Source: Alphaproteobacteria bacterium
GTDB taxonomy: Bacteria > Pseudomonadota > Alphaproteobacteria > MPNO01 > UBA830
Assembly (NCBI GenBank): GCA_965243135.1
Contig: OZ251539.1
Span: 3,424,001 to 3,488,000 of the forward strand
Reading direction: 5' to 3'
Length of the DNA: 64,000 nt
Position numbers and translations under genes: made by a program. This document shows positions 11,105 through 21,633 of this stretch, piece by piece; position 1 is the first letter of the stretch, and each line of letters starts with the position of its first letter. The notes beneath the pieces are model-generated. The model was given only the letters and a program-made list of their open reading frames with translations, was not told the DNA's origin and ran no database searches.

Positions 11105-11512
11105 CTACCGATCCGGGCGTCCCGCGGCCAGGCGCAGTCGCGCGGGGAGGCGCGCGGGCCGGCCGTCGGGACGAACGCAAACCAAACGCAGATCCAGTTC
11201 CGCGAGAACGTCGCTTCCGCGCCGGACGACCTGGCTCAGCCGCAGGCTCGCGCCGGAAGCGCCGACGAGCTTCGTGCGAACCTCCAACCGGTCGTCCAGG
11301 CGCCCAGGCCTGACGTATTCCGCCGCGCAACTGCGCACCGCGAACGCCACGCCGTCGCGCGCGAGAAGCGTCGCATGGTCGAGGCCGAGGCTGCGCAGCC
11401 ATTCGGTCCGGGCCCGCTCCGCGAAGCGCAGGTAGTTCGCGTAATAGACGACGCCTCCCGCGTCCGTGTCCTCGTAATAGACGCGCAGCGGAAACGAGTG
11501 GCCGTCAGTCAT
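11105..11512 (-). CDS. ybgC: Tol-Pal-associated acyl-CoA thioesterase
   Basis: [26 protein letters not shown]. Confidence 0.95.
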   Translation of the reverse strand: MTDGHSFPLRVYYEDTDAGGVVYYANYLRFAERARTEWLRSLGLDHATLLARDGVAFAVRSCAAEYVRPGRLDDRLEVRTKLVGASGASLRLSQVVRRGSDVLAELDLRLVCVRPDGRPARLPARLRLAAGRPDR

Positions 11513-12545
11513 CGTTCCCGCCCTCCTCCGCCAGCAGGTCGAGCTGCTCCTGCAGCCGCCCGGGAACGGCCAGCCCCAGATGGCGCCATGCGTTCGCGGT
11601 CAGCACCCGGCCGCGCGGCGTGCGCTGAAGCAGGCCGCTCTGCAGGAGGTAGGGCTCGATCACCTCCTCGATCGCGTCCCGCTCTTCGGAAAGGACGGCC
11701 GAGATCGTATCGACGCCGACCGGGCCGCCGCCGTAGTTCCGGGCGATGCAGGACAGGTACCGCCGATCCATCGCGTCGAGGCCCGACGCGTCGACGTCGA
11801 GCCGCCGCAGCGCCTGATCGGCGAGAGCGGCGTCCACGGGCTCGTCCTGGGCGAAGTCGCGCACGCGGCGCAGCAGGCGAACGGCGATCCTCGGCGTTCC
11901 GCGCGAGCGCGCCGCGACCTCCGCGGCGCCGTCCGCCGTCACCTCGACGTCGATCACCCGGCCGCAACGGTTCACGATCTCGACGAGGTCCTCCACCTCG
12001 TAGAAATCGAGGCGCAGCGGAATGCCGAAGCGTTCGCGCAGCGGCGTGGTCAACAGGCCGGAGCGGGTCGTCGCGCCGACCAGCGTGAATTCCGGCAGCT
12101 CGATCTGCACCGACCGCGCCGACGGCCCCTCGCCGATGATCAGGTCGAGCTTCCTGTCCTCCAGGGCCGGATACAGGATTTCCTCGACGATGGGATTGAG
12201 CCGGTGGATCTCGTCGATGAACAGGACGTCCTTGGGCTCGAGATTGGTCAGGATGGCCGCGAGGTCTCCGGGCTTGGCGAGCACCGGCCCGGAGGTCGCG
12301 CGAAACCCGACGCCGAGTTCGCGCGCGACGATCTGCGCGAGGGTCGTCTTGCCCAGCCCCGGCGGCCCGTGAAACAGGACGTGATCGAGCGCCTCGCGGC
12401 GGTCGCGCGCGGCCGCGACGAACACCCGCAGGTTCTCGCGCAGCGCCTTCTGGCCGATGAAGTCGTCGAGGCTCTGCGGGCGCAGCGGAACTTCGGACAG
12501 ATCTCCCTCGACGAGCGAGCCCGCCACTTCCCTTGCGCCGTTCAT
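11505..12545 (-). CDS. ruvB: Holliday junction helicase RuvB
   Basis: [35 protein letters not shown]. Confidence 0.97.
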   Translation of the reverse strand: MNGAREVAGSLVEGDLSEVPLRPQSLDDFIGQKALRENLRVFVAAARDRREALDHVLFHGPPGLGKTTLAQIVARELGVGFRATSGPVLAKPGDLAAILTNLEPKDVLFIDEIHRLNPIVEEILYPALEDRKLDLIIGEGPSARSVQIELPEFTLVGATTRSGLLTTPLRERFGIPLRLDFYEVEDLVEIVNRCGRVIDVEVTADGAAEVAARSRGTPRIAVRLLRRVRDFAQDEPVDAALADQALRRLDVDASGLDAMDRRYLSCIARNYGGGPVGVDTISAVLSEERDAIEEVIEPYLLQSGLLQRTPRGRVLTANAWRHLGLAVPGRLQEQLDLLAEEGGNDD

Positions 12546-13126
12546 GCCGCGAGCTCCTTGAGCCCCGATCTGATCAGGTCTTCGACGGACGCCTCGTCGC
12601 CCAGCGACCGGGCGGCGGCGAGCACCGCGCCATGCGCGTCCGCCCGGCCGTAACCGAGATTGACCAGAGCGGAGACGGCGTCGTCGACGGGCGCGGGACC
12701 GCCGCCGGACGCCGGCGGCGAGATTCCGCCGACCCGGTCCCGGAGCTCCGACAGAATCCGCGCGGCGAGCCTGGGTCCCACCCCCTGAGCGCGGCCGATC
12801 GCGGCCTTGTCCTGGGCGGCGATGGCGCCCGACAGCTCTCCCGGCCCCATAACCGACAGCAGACCCAACGCCACCTTGGCGCCCACGCCCTGCACGGTGG
12901 TCAGAAGCCGGAACCAGTCGCGTTCGACCTGTTCCAGAAACCCGTAAAGCTGAATGCGGTCTTCCCGCATGTGCGTCTCGACGGCGAGCGAGACGCGCTC
13001 CCCGCGCCCGGGAAGCTGCGAAAGAGTCCGCGCCGAGCATTGCACGAGATATCCGACCCCGCCGACGTCGACGACCGCCCAGTCTTCGCCCGCGGAATCG
13101 AGCAGTCCTGTCAGCCGGGCGATCAT
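12542..13126 (-). CDS. ruvA: Holliday junction branch migration protein RuvA
   Basis: MIARLTG, VGGVGY, HhH motifs VQGVGAK and [14 protein letters not shown]. Confidence 0.96.
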   Translation of the reverse strand: MIARLTGLLDSAGEDWAVVDVGGVGYLVQCSARTLSQLPGRGERVSLAVETHMREDRIQLYGFLEQVERDWFRLLTTVQGVGAKVALGLLSVMGPGELSGAIAAQDKAAIGRAQGVGPRLAARILSELRDRVGGISPPASGGGPAPVDDAVSALVNLGYGRADAHGAVLAAARSLGDEASVEDLIRSGLKELAA

Positions 13127-13617
13127 GCCCGCGCGCCTCGCGCGTGAAGCGGCACGCGATGGTGGGCATGGCAGATCGCGATCGCCAGGGCGTCCGCCGC
13201 GTCGTCGGATTTCGGTCCGGCGCCGGGCAGAAGCACCTGCACCATGGTCTGCACCTGCCGTTTCTGGGCGTGCCCCCGGCCCACCAGCGACTTCTTGACG
13301 AGGTTCGCGGAGTATTCGGCCACCTCGATCCCGGAAGACGACAGCGCCAGCATCGCGGCGGCGCGGGCATGGCCCAGCTTGAGGGTGGAAACAGGGTTCA
13401 CGTTGACGAAAGTCTCCTCGATCGCCGCCTCGGCCGGGCCGTGCCGTTCGGCGACCGCGCGCAATCCCTCGAAGAGCTGGAGGAGGCGGCGGGCGAGCGG
13501 CTCCTGCACGTCGGTCGGCACGACGCCGTTGGCGACGTGCGACAGAGCGTTCCCGTCGATTTCGATCACGCCCCACCCCGTGCGCTGCAATCCGGGATCC
13601 AAGCCGATGAGCCTCAT
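13123..13617 (-). CDS. ruvC: Holliday junction resolvase RuvC
   Basis: [25 protein letters not shown]. Confidence 0.97.
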   Translation of the reverse strand: MRLIGLDPGLQRTGWGVIEIDGNALSHVANGVVPTDVQEPLARRLLQLFEGLRAVAERHGPAEAAIEETFVNVNPVSTLKLGHARAAAMLALSSSGIEVAEYSANLVKKSLVGRGHAQKRQVQTMVQVLLPGAGPKSDDAADALAIAICHAHHRVPLHARGARA

Positions 13618-13624
13618 CGCGCCG

Positions 13625-14371
13625 TCAGCCGTCCAGCCGCTCCAGAACGTCGTCGTCGATGTCGACGTTGGAATCGACCGACCGGACGTCGTCGTTCTCC
13701 TCGAGCGCGTCCAGCAGCTTGAGCAGCGTTCGGGCGCGGTCCTCGTCGACAGGGACCGCGCTCCGCGGCAGCCAGACCAGGCCGGCCGACGCCGACGCCC
13801 CGAACTTCTCCTCGAGCCCGTCCCGGACCGCGTGGAAATCGTCCGGATCGCTGACGATCTCGTGGCCGTCGACGCCGGACCGCACGTCGCGCGCGCCGGC
13901 TTCGAGCGCGGCCTCGAACATGTCCTCGTCGGACGCCGCCGACGGCGGGTAGCTGACCTGTCCCGCCCGATCGAACATGAAGCTGACGCTGTTGGTTTCC
14001 CCGAGATTGCCGCCGAACTTGCCGAACGCCGCCCGCACCTCGCCGGCGGTGCGGTTCCTGTTGTCGGTGAGGGCCTCGACGATCACCGCCACGCCGCCGG
14101 GACCGTATCCCTCGTAACGGATCTCCTCGTACTGCTCGGAGTCGTCGCCCCCGGCGCCGCGCGCGATCGCCCGCTCCATGGTGTCCTTGCCCATGTTGGC
14201 GCCCTTGGCCGCCGCGACCGCGGCGCGGAGGCGCGGGTTCGAGTCCGGATCCGCGCCCTCGCGGGCCGCGACCGTCAGCTCCCTGATGATCTTCGTGAAC
14301 GCCCTGGCGCGCTTCTGATCCTGCGCGCCCTTGCGGTACATGATGTTCTTGAATTTGGAGTGACCGGCCAT
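13625..14371 (-). CDS. yebC: YebC/PmpR family protein
   Basis: [25 protein letters not shown]. Confidence 0.96.
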   Translation of the reverse strand: MAGHSKFKNIMYRKGAQDQKRARAFTKIIRELTVAAREGADPDSNPRLRAAVAAAKGANMGKDTMERAIARGAGGDDSEQYEEIRYEGYGPGGVAVIVEALTDNRNRTAGEVRAAFGKFGGNLGETNSVSFMFDRAGQVSYPPSAASDEDMFEAALEAGARDVRSGVDGHEIVSDPDDFHAVRDGLEEKFGASASAGLVWLPRSAVPVDEDRARTLLKLLDALEENDDVRSVDSNVDIDDDVLERLDG

Positions 14372-14453
14372 TACCGCTCCATCGCCCCGGAAAATTCCTC
14401 TCGCCGCCCTTTCTGCCGTCTCAATGTGGCAGGAATGGGGCGACAAATCGGCG

Positions 14454-15266
14454 TCAAGCGGGCAATTCCTCGCGCAGGCGGCCGCCGATCCGCACGGGCC
14501 GGACGTCGACGGCCAGCCCCGTCGCGTCGTCCGTGTCCACGAGGACCGCGCAAAGCGTCGCTTCCGACCGCGCCGCCTCCATGCGTTCGGTCGGCATCTT
14601 GCGGACGAAGCGCGCCACCGAGATATCCTTCCGGATGCCGATGACCGAGTCGTAGTCGCCGCACATGCCGATGTCGGAGAGGTATCCCGTCCCGCCCGGC
14701 AGCACCTGCGCGTCCGCGGTCGGGACGTGGGTGTGGGTGCCCACGACGACGGACGCGCGGCCGTCGACGAAGTGCCCCATCGCCATCTTTTCGCTGGTCG
14801 CCTCGCCGTGAAAATCGAGCGCGATCGCGGCGGCGTTGGCGCCCAGCCGCCAAACGCCGAGCATCCTGTCGACGGCGGCGAACGGATCGTCCAGCGGATC
14901 CATGAAGAGGCGTCCCATGAGATGCAGGATCACGATCCGGCGGCCGCGAGCGTCCGCGAATTCGCCGACGCCCCGGCCGGGCGTTCCGGCGGGAAAGTTG
15001 TCCGGGCGCAGCAGACGGCGCTCGCGGTCGAAATGGGGAATGATCTCTTCCCGGTCCCAAACGTGGTTGCCGGTGGTGATCGCGTCGGCGCCGGCGGCGA
15101 AGAGCTCGTCGCAAATCTTCGGCGTGATGCCGAAGCCGGCCGCCGCGTTCTCTCCGTTCACGACGACGAAGTCGATCCGGCACCTTTCCCGCAGGCCCGG
15201 AAGATGCGTCTTGACGGCCTTTCTGCCGGCGCGGCCGACGACGTCGCCGCAAAACAGGATTCTCAT
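14454..15266 (-). CDS. ymdB: YmdB/TIGR00282 family metallophosphoesterase
   Basis: [28 protein letters not shown]. Confidence 0.93.
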   Translation of the reverse strand: MRILFCGDVVGRAGRKAVKTHLPGLRERCRIDFVVVNGENAAAGFGITPKICDELFAAGADAITTGNHVWDREEIIPHFDRERRLLRPDNFPAGTPGRGVGEFADARGRRIVILHLMGRLFMDPLDDPFAAVDRMLGVWRLGANAAAIALDFHGEATSEKMAMGHFVDGRASVVVGTHTHVPTADAQVLPGGTGYLSDIGMCGDYDSVIGIRKDISVARFVRKMPTERMEAARSEATLCAVLVDTDDATGLAVDVRPVRIGGRLREELPA

Positions 15267-15862
15267 CGCGTCTCCTCCCGGGGGATATACCTTCGATCGG
15301 TGGCCACCGCATCCAGTTTCTCGTCGTCGGCGCCGGTCGGCACCGCCGCGACCTCCTGTTCGTCGTAGGCGGCGCCGACGGCGAAAACGGCGCCTTCGGC
15401 GCGCAGGCCCCGAAGAGCGCGGTCGTAGAAGCCGCCGCCGTAACCCAGGCGATTGCCGGTCCGGTCGAAGGCGAGCGCCGGAACGACGACCGCCTCGGGA
15501 CGGATTCGCTCGGCGGCGGCGAGGGGTTCGGGAATACCGAAAACGCCGCGCCGCGCCGCGTCGCCGGGCCGCCAAAGGCGGAACGCGAGATCCGCTCGCG
15601 ATATCGCCGGCAGCGCCGTCGGCACGTTCCGGCTTTCGAGAACGCGCAGCAGCGGCCGCACGTCGATCTCGGTTCGGATCGGCCAGTAAAGCGCGACGGT
15701 CGCGGCACCCCGCAGCGCCCGCTCCAGGCGTCGCGAGACCGCTTCGCCGGCCTCGCCTGCGCGGTTCGCGTGGGCCCGCGCGCGGATCTCCGCGGCCGCG
15801 GCCCGCATGGCTCCCTTGGCGTCCGCGCGAAGCGGGCGAAGCCGTGCCGGCCGTCGATCCAC
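15263..15862 (-). CDS. ygfA: 5-formyltetrahydrofolate cyclo-ligase (start uncertain, overlaps the 6S RNA 3' end)
   Basis: VPALAFD, RLGYGGGFYDR. Confidence 0.92.
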   Translation of the reverse strand: MDRRPARLRPLRADAKGAMRAAAAEIRARAHANRAGEAGEAVSRRLERALRGAATVALYWPIRTEIDVRPLLRVLESRNVPTALPAISRADLAFRLWRPGDAARRGVFGIPEPLAAAERIRPEAVVVPALAFDRTGNRLGYGGGFYDRALRGLRAEGAVFAVGAAYDEQEVAAVPTGADDEKLDAVATDRRYIPREETR

Positions 15863-15991
15863 ATCGTCCTCCGTGGCCTGTCGCTACAGGTGGGCGCCAT
15901 GTACCGCGACCGCGATCGCGGCAGGGACAGCTCCCGGGAGGTGGATATTGGCCCCGGGCACGTCGGATCCGTCGAACCGGACAGCTTCGCC
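15835..15991 (-). ncRNA. ssrS: 6S RNA
   Basis: Canonical zapA-ssrS-ygfA position; ends pair (GGCGAAGC...GCTTCGCC); contains CCCGGGAGCTGTCCCTG and TACATGGCGCCCACC cores; TAGATT -10 just upstream. Confidence 0.85.
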
Positions 15992-16027
15992 TTCGCGGAA
16001 TCTAGCGCAATCGGGCCGTCCGGGAAA

Positions 16028-16360
16028 TCAGTCGGGAACGGCGGGAGCGCCCGCCAGGAGGGCGGCGAGAGCCTCTATCCGGACGGCGACGGCTTCGACG
16101 TCCGCGGCGAGGCTTTTCTCCGTCGCGCCGCTCGCCGCCCTGATCTTTCCCAACTCGGCGGTGGCGTCCGCGAACTCGCCGGCGATCTGCAGCGACGCCA
16201 TGAGGATAAGGCGGGCGTCACCCACCTGCCCGACGGAAGCGACGAGGCCTTGCACCCGCCTGTCGACGTACTGGCCCAGCCGCTCGATATGATGTTCCTG
16301 TCCGTCGTCGCACGAGATCTGATAGCTGCGTCCGTTGACGGTGACGTAGACCTGCGCCAC
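16028..16360 (-). CDS. zapA: Cell division protein ZapA
   Basis: MAQVYVTVNGRSYQISCDDGQEHH...RLILMASL. Confidence 0.93.
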   Translation of the reverse strand: MAQVYVTVNGRSYQISCDDGQEHHIERLGQYVDRRVQGLVASVGQVGDARLILMASLQIAGEFADATAELGKIRAASGATEKSLAADVEAVAVRIEALAALLAGAPAVPD

Positions 16361-16361
16361 G

Positions 16362-16565
16362 TCACTCCTCCAGAACGGCCTTGAGGCGACCGATCACCGC
16401 ATCGAGGCGCCCGGAAACCGCCGCGGCCACCGCCTCCAGCTCAGCGCAACGCGCCCGCGCTTCCGCGAGGGCGGTCGCGTCCGTTCCCTCCGCCCGTCCT
16501 GCCGCCTCTTCCAGGGCGGCGACGGCGAGATCGAGGCGTTTTCGCGCTTCATTCAGTTCCGGCAT
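16362..16565 (-). CDS. DUF4164-like small coiled-coil protein
   Basis: Coiled coil ending SGRLDAVIGRLKAVLEE; conserved position upstream of zapA in Alphaproteobacteria. Confidence 0.75.
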   Translation of the reverse strand: MPELNEARKRLDLAVAALEEAAGRAEGTDATALAEARARCAELEAVAAAVSGRLDAVIGRLKAVLEE

Positions 16566-17096
16566 GCAAAACTCCACCCGACTTCAAGCGTCAAGAATAT
16601 GACCAAGCCGGACGCAGCGTCAACGAATCGGCGCGCTCGGCGGCAGACTGCACCGATCGGACGGCCGACCGCCCCGTGCGCGACAGCGCTTCCGCGCCGC
16701 GGCAAGACCCCGGCCGCGGTTTCCCCGGACCGGCCGTCCGGCGCGCCGGAAGGAAATCGTCTGACTTGCGGATGCGCTCGGGTTAGCATTCGCGCCGGGG
16801 AGGGAATCGACCATGCTTTTTGTCCTTGGCGCGGCAGGACCGTCCGCCGGGGCCTCGGGCCGCTTCGGCGCGGCCTCGCTTCGAGCGTCCTCGCCGGAAA
16901 CGGCCTGCAGACGGCGGCCGTCCGGTTTCGAGGGACCGCTCCGGCCTGCGGGCGCGCAGGTTCGCCGGGGGTTTCGGCGAGCGCCTTCGACGGCCTTCTC
17001 CGGGAGGATCCGGCTCTCCAGCGCTTCCCGGCGGGCCACCGGCTTGAACCTGCGCAGCCCGTGACGACCGCTTCGTCCGGCGCGAATTGGCCCCGC

Positions 17097-17519
17097 ATGC
17101 AGAAAAGCCGCCCGGTCTTCGTCGTCCACTCCCTGGCGCACGCCCTTGCGGCCGCAAGGGCAGCGGGCCCGCGCCCCATCGCGCTGAGCAGCGCGCCCGG
17201 CGCCGCCTGCTACGCCGGCGTCGGCTGGTTTCTCGAAATCCTCGCCGAAACCAGGAAACTGATGCCGGAAGCGGACGTCGCCGCGATCCTCGATTGCGGC
17301 GACGACGCGGCGGTCGCGATCGAAGCGCTCCGCGCCGGCGCGGAAGAAGTTCGAATCCGGGGAGCCGCCGCGGATCAGGTCGCGGAGATCGCGGCGGCCC
17401 TCGGCACCCGAGCGAACGGCCCCGAGGGACCGATCATCGACATGCGGTGGGCGGACTGCGAAACCTGCCTCGCCTTTCTCGATTCTCGGGATCCGCAGAG
17501 CCGCCTTCGCCGTTCGTAA
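17097..17519 (+). CDS. Conserved hypothetical protein (aldolase-neighbour family)
   Basis: VVHSLAHALAAARAA...LSSAPGAACYAGVGWF...ILDCGDD; resembles a protein commonly found near fba in Rhodospirillales. Confidence 0.7.
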   Translation: MQKSRPVFVVHSLAHALAAARAAGPRPIALSSAPGAACYAGVGWFLEILAETRKLMPEADVAAILDCGDDAAVAIEALRAGAEEVRIRGAAADQVAEIAAALGTRANGPEGPIIDMRWADCETCLAFLDSRDPQSRLRRS

Positions 17520-17989
17520 CCTCCGCCCGCAGACTTGAAAGAGACGACGCTTTCGTCCCGATTCGGGCACGGAAGACTTGCGAATTCGCCGCGCCGAAGC
17601 CGCAGTTGGCCCATACCGTCCCCGGAACCGACCCTGCGACGAACGACGGCGCCTCTCCGCGCAAAAAACTCTGAACCCCGAGGGTTGGCCGCGAGCGGCG
17701 TTGCCGGCGCCGAAAACCACGACGCGCAGAGGCAGCGGAACATTCTTTTGCCGGAAGCGGCAAGTTGTCCGACCCGGAGCGCCCTGCGCCGGTTCTCGAA
17801 GCGCTGCCAACGCGAGAGCGGCGCGGACAAACCGCTTCGCGCGGTCTACTGCGTTCTTCGAACCGGCGAGCCTCCCCGAGACCAGCTACGAGGCAATGAC
17901 GGTGAAGCGCCTCGCCGGACGCTCGAAGCTTACGACGCCTCAGGTCGACGAAAGCCGCTCCGCGACCGCATGCCCGCGTTCCGACCATA

Positions 17990-18153
17990 GCCCGGCTCGC
18001 TCCGAGTTTGCCGCATGGCGTCGAGGCAACCCGATATTCCGGTCTTGATCCGCAGTCGCCGGTCTGCATGACTTTTGCGGGCCTGCCGACGGACGGACGG
18101 AGCGGGCGCCGAGCTCGCGGCAGCCGACAAAAACGGCGCGGCGCAAATGCCTC
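17990..18153 (+). repeat. Dispersed ~165-bp element, copy 1 (upstream of AAA-PD-(D/E)xK gene 1)
   Basis: Aligns by eye with 22909-23075 (CCCGG.TCGC..CGAGTT.GCCG...GGCGTCGA.GCAACCCGATAT...TTGCGGGC.TGCCGACG...GGCAGCCGAC.AAAACGG..CGGCGCAAA.GCCTC). Confidence 0.8.
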
Positions 18154-18168
18154 TACCGACACTCCTCC

Positions 18169-18197
18169 TTGACGGCTCCGGCGCGGCGGCCTACTCT
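18169..18197 (+). promoter_or_regulatory. Sigma70-type promoter, predicted leaderless transcript
   Basis: TTGACG-N17-TACTCT, then 6 nt to the ATG at 18204; no Shine-Dalgarno. Confidence 0.65.
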
Positions 18198-18203
18198 CTC
18201 CGG

Positions 18204-19737
18204 ATGGCGAAACGCATGCTTCCGACCGGCATGACCTCCCTCCGGAAAATCCGGACGAGGGACTGCTATTACGTCGACAAGACAGACCATGTGCGCCGCC
18301 TCGTCGAAGGGGGCGATTACTACTTTCTGTCACGTCCGCGCCGGTTCGGCAAGACCCTTCTGGTGGACACCCTGCAGAAACTGTTCGAGGGAAGCGAGGA
18401 GCTGTTCCGGGGCCTCGCCGTGCACGGCAAGTGGGACTGGTCGGCGCGCCACCCGATCGTGCGGCTCAGCTTCAGCAGGGGCAATTTCGTCGTCCCGGAC
18501 GGGGTTCGGATAACCGTGGAAAGACAGCTGGCGGCGGCGGAGAGGCGCGCGGGCCTCGAACCGGGGCCCGCCGAGGCCTCGAACCGTTTCGGGGAATTGA
18601 TCGAGGCCCTGCACGAGCGCACCGGGCGGCAGGTGGTCGTTCTGGTGGACGAGTACGACAAGCCGATCCTGGACGCGCTCGGCGACCGGGAACTGGCGCG
18701 GGCCAACCGGGACTTCCTGCGCAGCCTGTACGGGGCGATCAAGGACTGCGACGAGCAGCTCCGTTTCGTTTTCCTGACGGGGGTGAGCAAGTTCTCGCGA
18801 GCGGGCATTTTCTCGGGCCTGAACAATCTGAACGACATCACGCTGGACGAGCGCTACGGTGCCCTTTGCGGCTACACGGACGACGATCTGGACGCGGTCT
18901 TCGCCCCGGAACTGGAGGGCCTGGACCGGGACGAGATCCGCCGCTGGTACAATGGCTACAACTGGCTCGGGCCGGAAAGAGTCTACAACCCGTTCGACAT
19001 CCTGCTGCTGTTCGACAAGCGCGATTTTCGCCCGTACTGGCTCCAGAGCGGCACGCCGACCTTCCTCGCCGACCTTCTGTCGCGGCGCCGGTTCGCGCCG
19101 CCGGCCCTGGAGGGCATGTTCGCGGACGACGACCTGCTTTCGGCCGTCGACGTCGACCGCATCCCCATCGAGGCGCTTCTGTTCCAGACCGGCTACCTGA
19201 CCATCGTCGGCGAGAAGCGGGACGAGGACGCGCGCCTCTACCAGCTGGACTACCCCAACCAGGAGGTGAAGCGCAGCCTGAACGCGCTCCTGCTGGAGGC
19301 GATTGCGCCGGGCGTCGCGGTCGCGGCGGGGAGCCAGGAGCTGCGCCGCCTGATGCGCGCGAACGACTTCGCGGGCCTCGAGAATCTGTTCCGGGCGTTC
19401 CTGGCGAGCATCCCGAACGAGTGGTACGCGAACACGGGCATGGCGGGGGCGCACTACGCGAGCGTGCTCGCACTTCGTGGCGGCGGGGATGGACGTCCGC
19501 GCCGAGGAGAGCACGGCGCGCGGCCGCTCGGACCTGACGGTCCTGTACAACGGCAACGTCTATCTGTTCGAGTTCAAGGTCGCGGACGGGAAGCCGCAAG
19601 GCCGGGCTCTGGCGCAGATTCGGGAGCGCGGCTACGCGGACAAGCACCGGAGTCCGGGCGTGCCGGTCCACCTGATCGGGGTGGAGTTCGGCCGGGAGGA
19701 GCGCAACATCGTCGGGTTCGAGTTCGAGACCGTCTGA
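18204..19737 (+). pseudogene. AAA-ATPase-like / PD-(D/E)xK nuclease protein, frameshifted copy
   Basis: YYVDKT, LSRPRRFGKT, LVDEYDKP, FLTGVSKF; relative to the paralog at 23294 it has 6-nt and 5-nt deletions at ~19445-19477 that put the GRSDL...FEFK nuclease domain out of frame. Confidence 0.88.
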
Positions 19738-19977
19738 AGCCGGGAGCCGGACGGGCTGGACGTCCCGTCCGGACATTTCGAACGGTCGAACCGCTTCAAC
19801 GAAAGGCGTCGCCCGCGTCGCGGGGACTGGCCCGTCGCGCGTTTCGTCGGAAACGACCTATGCCTCAGCGGAAATCGCCGCGGCGCGGCGCGCGCACCTC
19901 GTCCGCAGGAAACGAATTGAAACCGCCATCGCGTTGCGGTAGAAGAACCGGCAGGAAACTCCCAGGAGACAGCCGAG

Positions 19978-20892
19978 ATGCGCGTCAGCCAGAAGGTCAG
20001 GCAAATCCTGGCCGGATACGAAAGCGACAACCCCGGCACCAAGACTTCGCTTGCCCGGATCCTGATGCAAGGACGCCTCGGCGGCACCGGAAAACTTGTC
20101 GTCCTGCCGGTCGACCAGGGTTTCGAGCACGGACCGGCGCGCAGCTTCGCGCCCAACCCGGCCGGATACGATCCCCACTATCATTTCCAGCTCGCCGTCG
20201 ATGCCGGCCTCTCCGCCTACGCCGCCCCGCTCGGCATGCTGGAAGCGGGAGCGGACAGTTTCGCCGGAGCCGTGCCGACCATATTGAAGTGCAATTCGGC
20301 GAACTCCCTCGCGACCAACAAGGACCAGGCGGTGACCGCGTCCATCGGCGACGCGTTGCGGCTCGGCTGCGCGGCGATCGGATTCACGATCTATCCGGGA
20401 TCGGACGACCAGTACGAACTGATCGAGGAAATCCGCGAACTCGCTGAAGAGGCCAAGTCCGTCGGCCTCGCGGTGGTCGTCTGGTCGTATCCGCGCGGCG
20501 GCGTCCTCGACAAGACGGGCGAGACCGCGGTCGACGTCTGCGCCTACGCGGCGCACATGGCGGCGTTGATCGGCGCCCATATCATCAAGGTCAAGCCGCC
20601 GACCGAGACCGTCTTCCTGGACGCGGCCGCCATGTCTTACGAGTCGATTCCGGTCGCGACTCTCGCGCAGCGCATCGAACACGTGGTCCAGTCGTGCTTC
20701 GCCGGCAAGCGCCTGGTCGTGTTCTCCGGCGGCGAGGCGAAGGACCCGGAAGGGATCTTCGACGAGGTCCGCGCCATTCGCGACGGCGGCGGGAACGGCT
20801 CCATAATCGGCCGCAACACGTTTCAACGTCCGAGAGAGGACGCGCTGAAGATGCTGGACACGATCGTGTCCATCTACGAATTGTCTGCGTAA
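19978..20892 (+). CDS. fbaB: Class I fructose-bisphosphate aldolase
   Basis: LPVDQGFEHGP, WSYPRG, IIKVK, FSGG, IIGRN. Confidence 0.95.
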   Translation: MRVSQKVRQILAGYESDNPGTKTSLARILMQGRLGGTGKLVVLPVDQGFEHGPARSFAPNPAGYDPHYHFQLAVDAGLSAYAAPLGMLEAGADSFAGAVPTILKCNSANSLATNKDQAVTASIGDALRLGCAAIGFTIYPGSDDQYELIEEIRELAEEAKSVGLAVVVWSYPRGGVLDKTGETAVDVCAYAAHMAALIGAHIIKVKPPTETVFLDAAAMSYESIPVATLAQRIEHVVQSCFAGKRLVVFSGGEAKDPEGIFDEVRAIRDGGGNGSIIGRNTFQRPREDALKMLDTIVSIYELSA

Positions 20893-20953
20893 TACTCTAG
20901 ATAACTCATTTCCTGCCGCGCTGAAGATGCTGGACACGATCGTGTCCATCTAC
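20841..20953 (+). repeat. 37-bp perfect direct repeat of the fbaB 3' end (20841-20877 and 20917-20953), att-like
   Basis: CGCGCTGAAGATGCTGGACACGATCGTGTCCATCTAC occurs twice around a 39-bp AT-rich spacer. Confidence 0.92.
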
Positions 20954-20972
20954 AGGGACGAGGCCTGACCGC

Positions 20973-21608
20973 ATTCGCGCGGAATCCTGCCAGCTCTACC
21001 TGGTTACCCCGCCGCGGCTTCCCGACCCGGTCCGGTTCCGCGATTCGCTCGCCGCCGCGCTCGACGGCGGTCCGATTGCGTGCGTTCAGCTTCGCCTCAA
21101 GGAAGCGACGGACGACGAGATTCGCGCGGCGACCGACCTTCTGCGCGACGTCGTCCGGGACCGCGACGTCGCCTTCGTCCTGAACGACCGCCCCGACCTC
21201 GCGGCCGAACTCGGCTGCGACGGCGTCCACGTCGGCCAGGACGACGCGCCGTGCGCCGAGGCGCGGCGAACCGTGGGCGAGGACGCGATCGTCGGCGTCA
21301 CCTGCAAGGCGTCGCGGCACCTGGCCCTAGAGGCCGGCGAGGCCGGAGCCGACTACGTGGCGTTCGGCGCGTTCTTTCCCTCCGCGACCAAGCCCGCGAC
21401 CACGCCCTCCGCCCCTGAAATCCTCTCGTGGTGGCAGGAGATGACGACGATGCCCTGCGTCGCGATCGGCGGCATAACGGTCGATAATTGCCCGGCGCTC
21501 GTCGAAGCCGGAGCCGACTTCCTCGCCGTCGCCTCGGGCGTCTGGAACCATCCCGCAGGGCCGGCCGCCGCGGTTCGCGCCTTCGAAGTCCGAATGCGGG
21601 AAGGATAG
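20973..21608 (+). CDS. thiE: Thiamine-phosphate synthase (no ATG/GTG/TTG start in frame; ATT at 20973 proposed)
   Basis: [47 protein letters not shown] are all in one frame from 20991. Confidence 0.9.
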   Translation: MRAESCQLYLVTPPRLPDPVRFRDSLAAALDGGPIACVQLRLKEATDDEIRAATDLLRDVVRDRDVAFVLNDRPDLAAELGCDGVHVGQDDAPCAEARRTVGEDAIVGVTCKASRHLALEAGEAGADYVAFGAFFPSATKPATTPSAPEILSWWQEMTTMPCVAIGGITVDNCPALVEAGADFLAVASGVWNHPAGPAAAVRAFEVRMREG

Positions 21609-21633
21609 GCGCGCCCGCCGACGCGCAACCGCC

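Noticed and set aside
18075-20447. 790-aa ORF as a real ATPase fusion overlapping fbaB
   Set aside because: The tail after ~19477 is out-of-frame read-through caused by the frameshift.
20878-20916. dif (XerC/XerD) site
   Set aside because: The left arm is vaguely XerC-like but there is no TTATG-type XerD arm.
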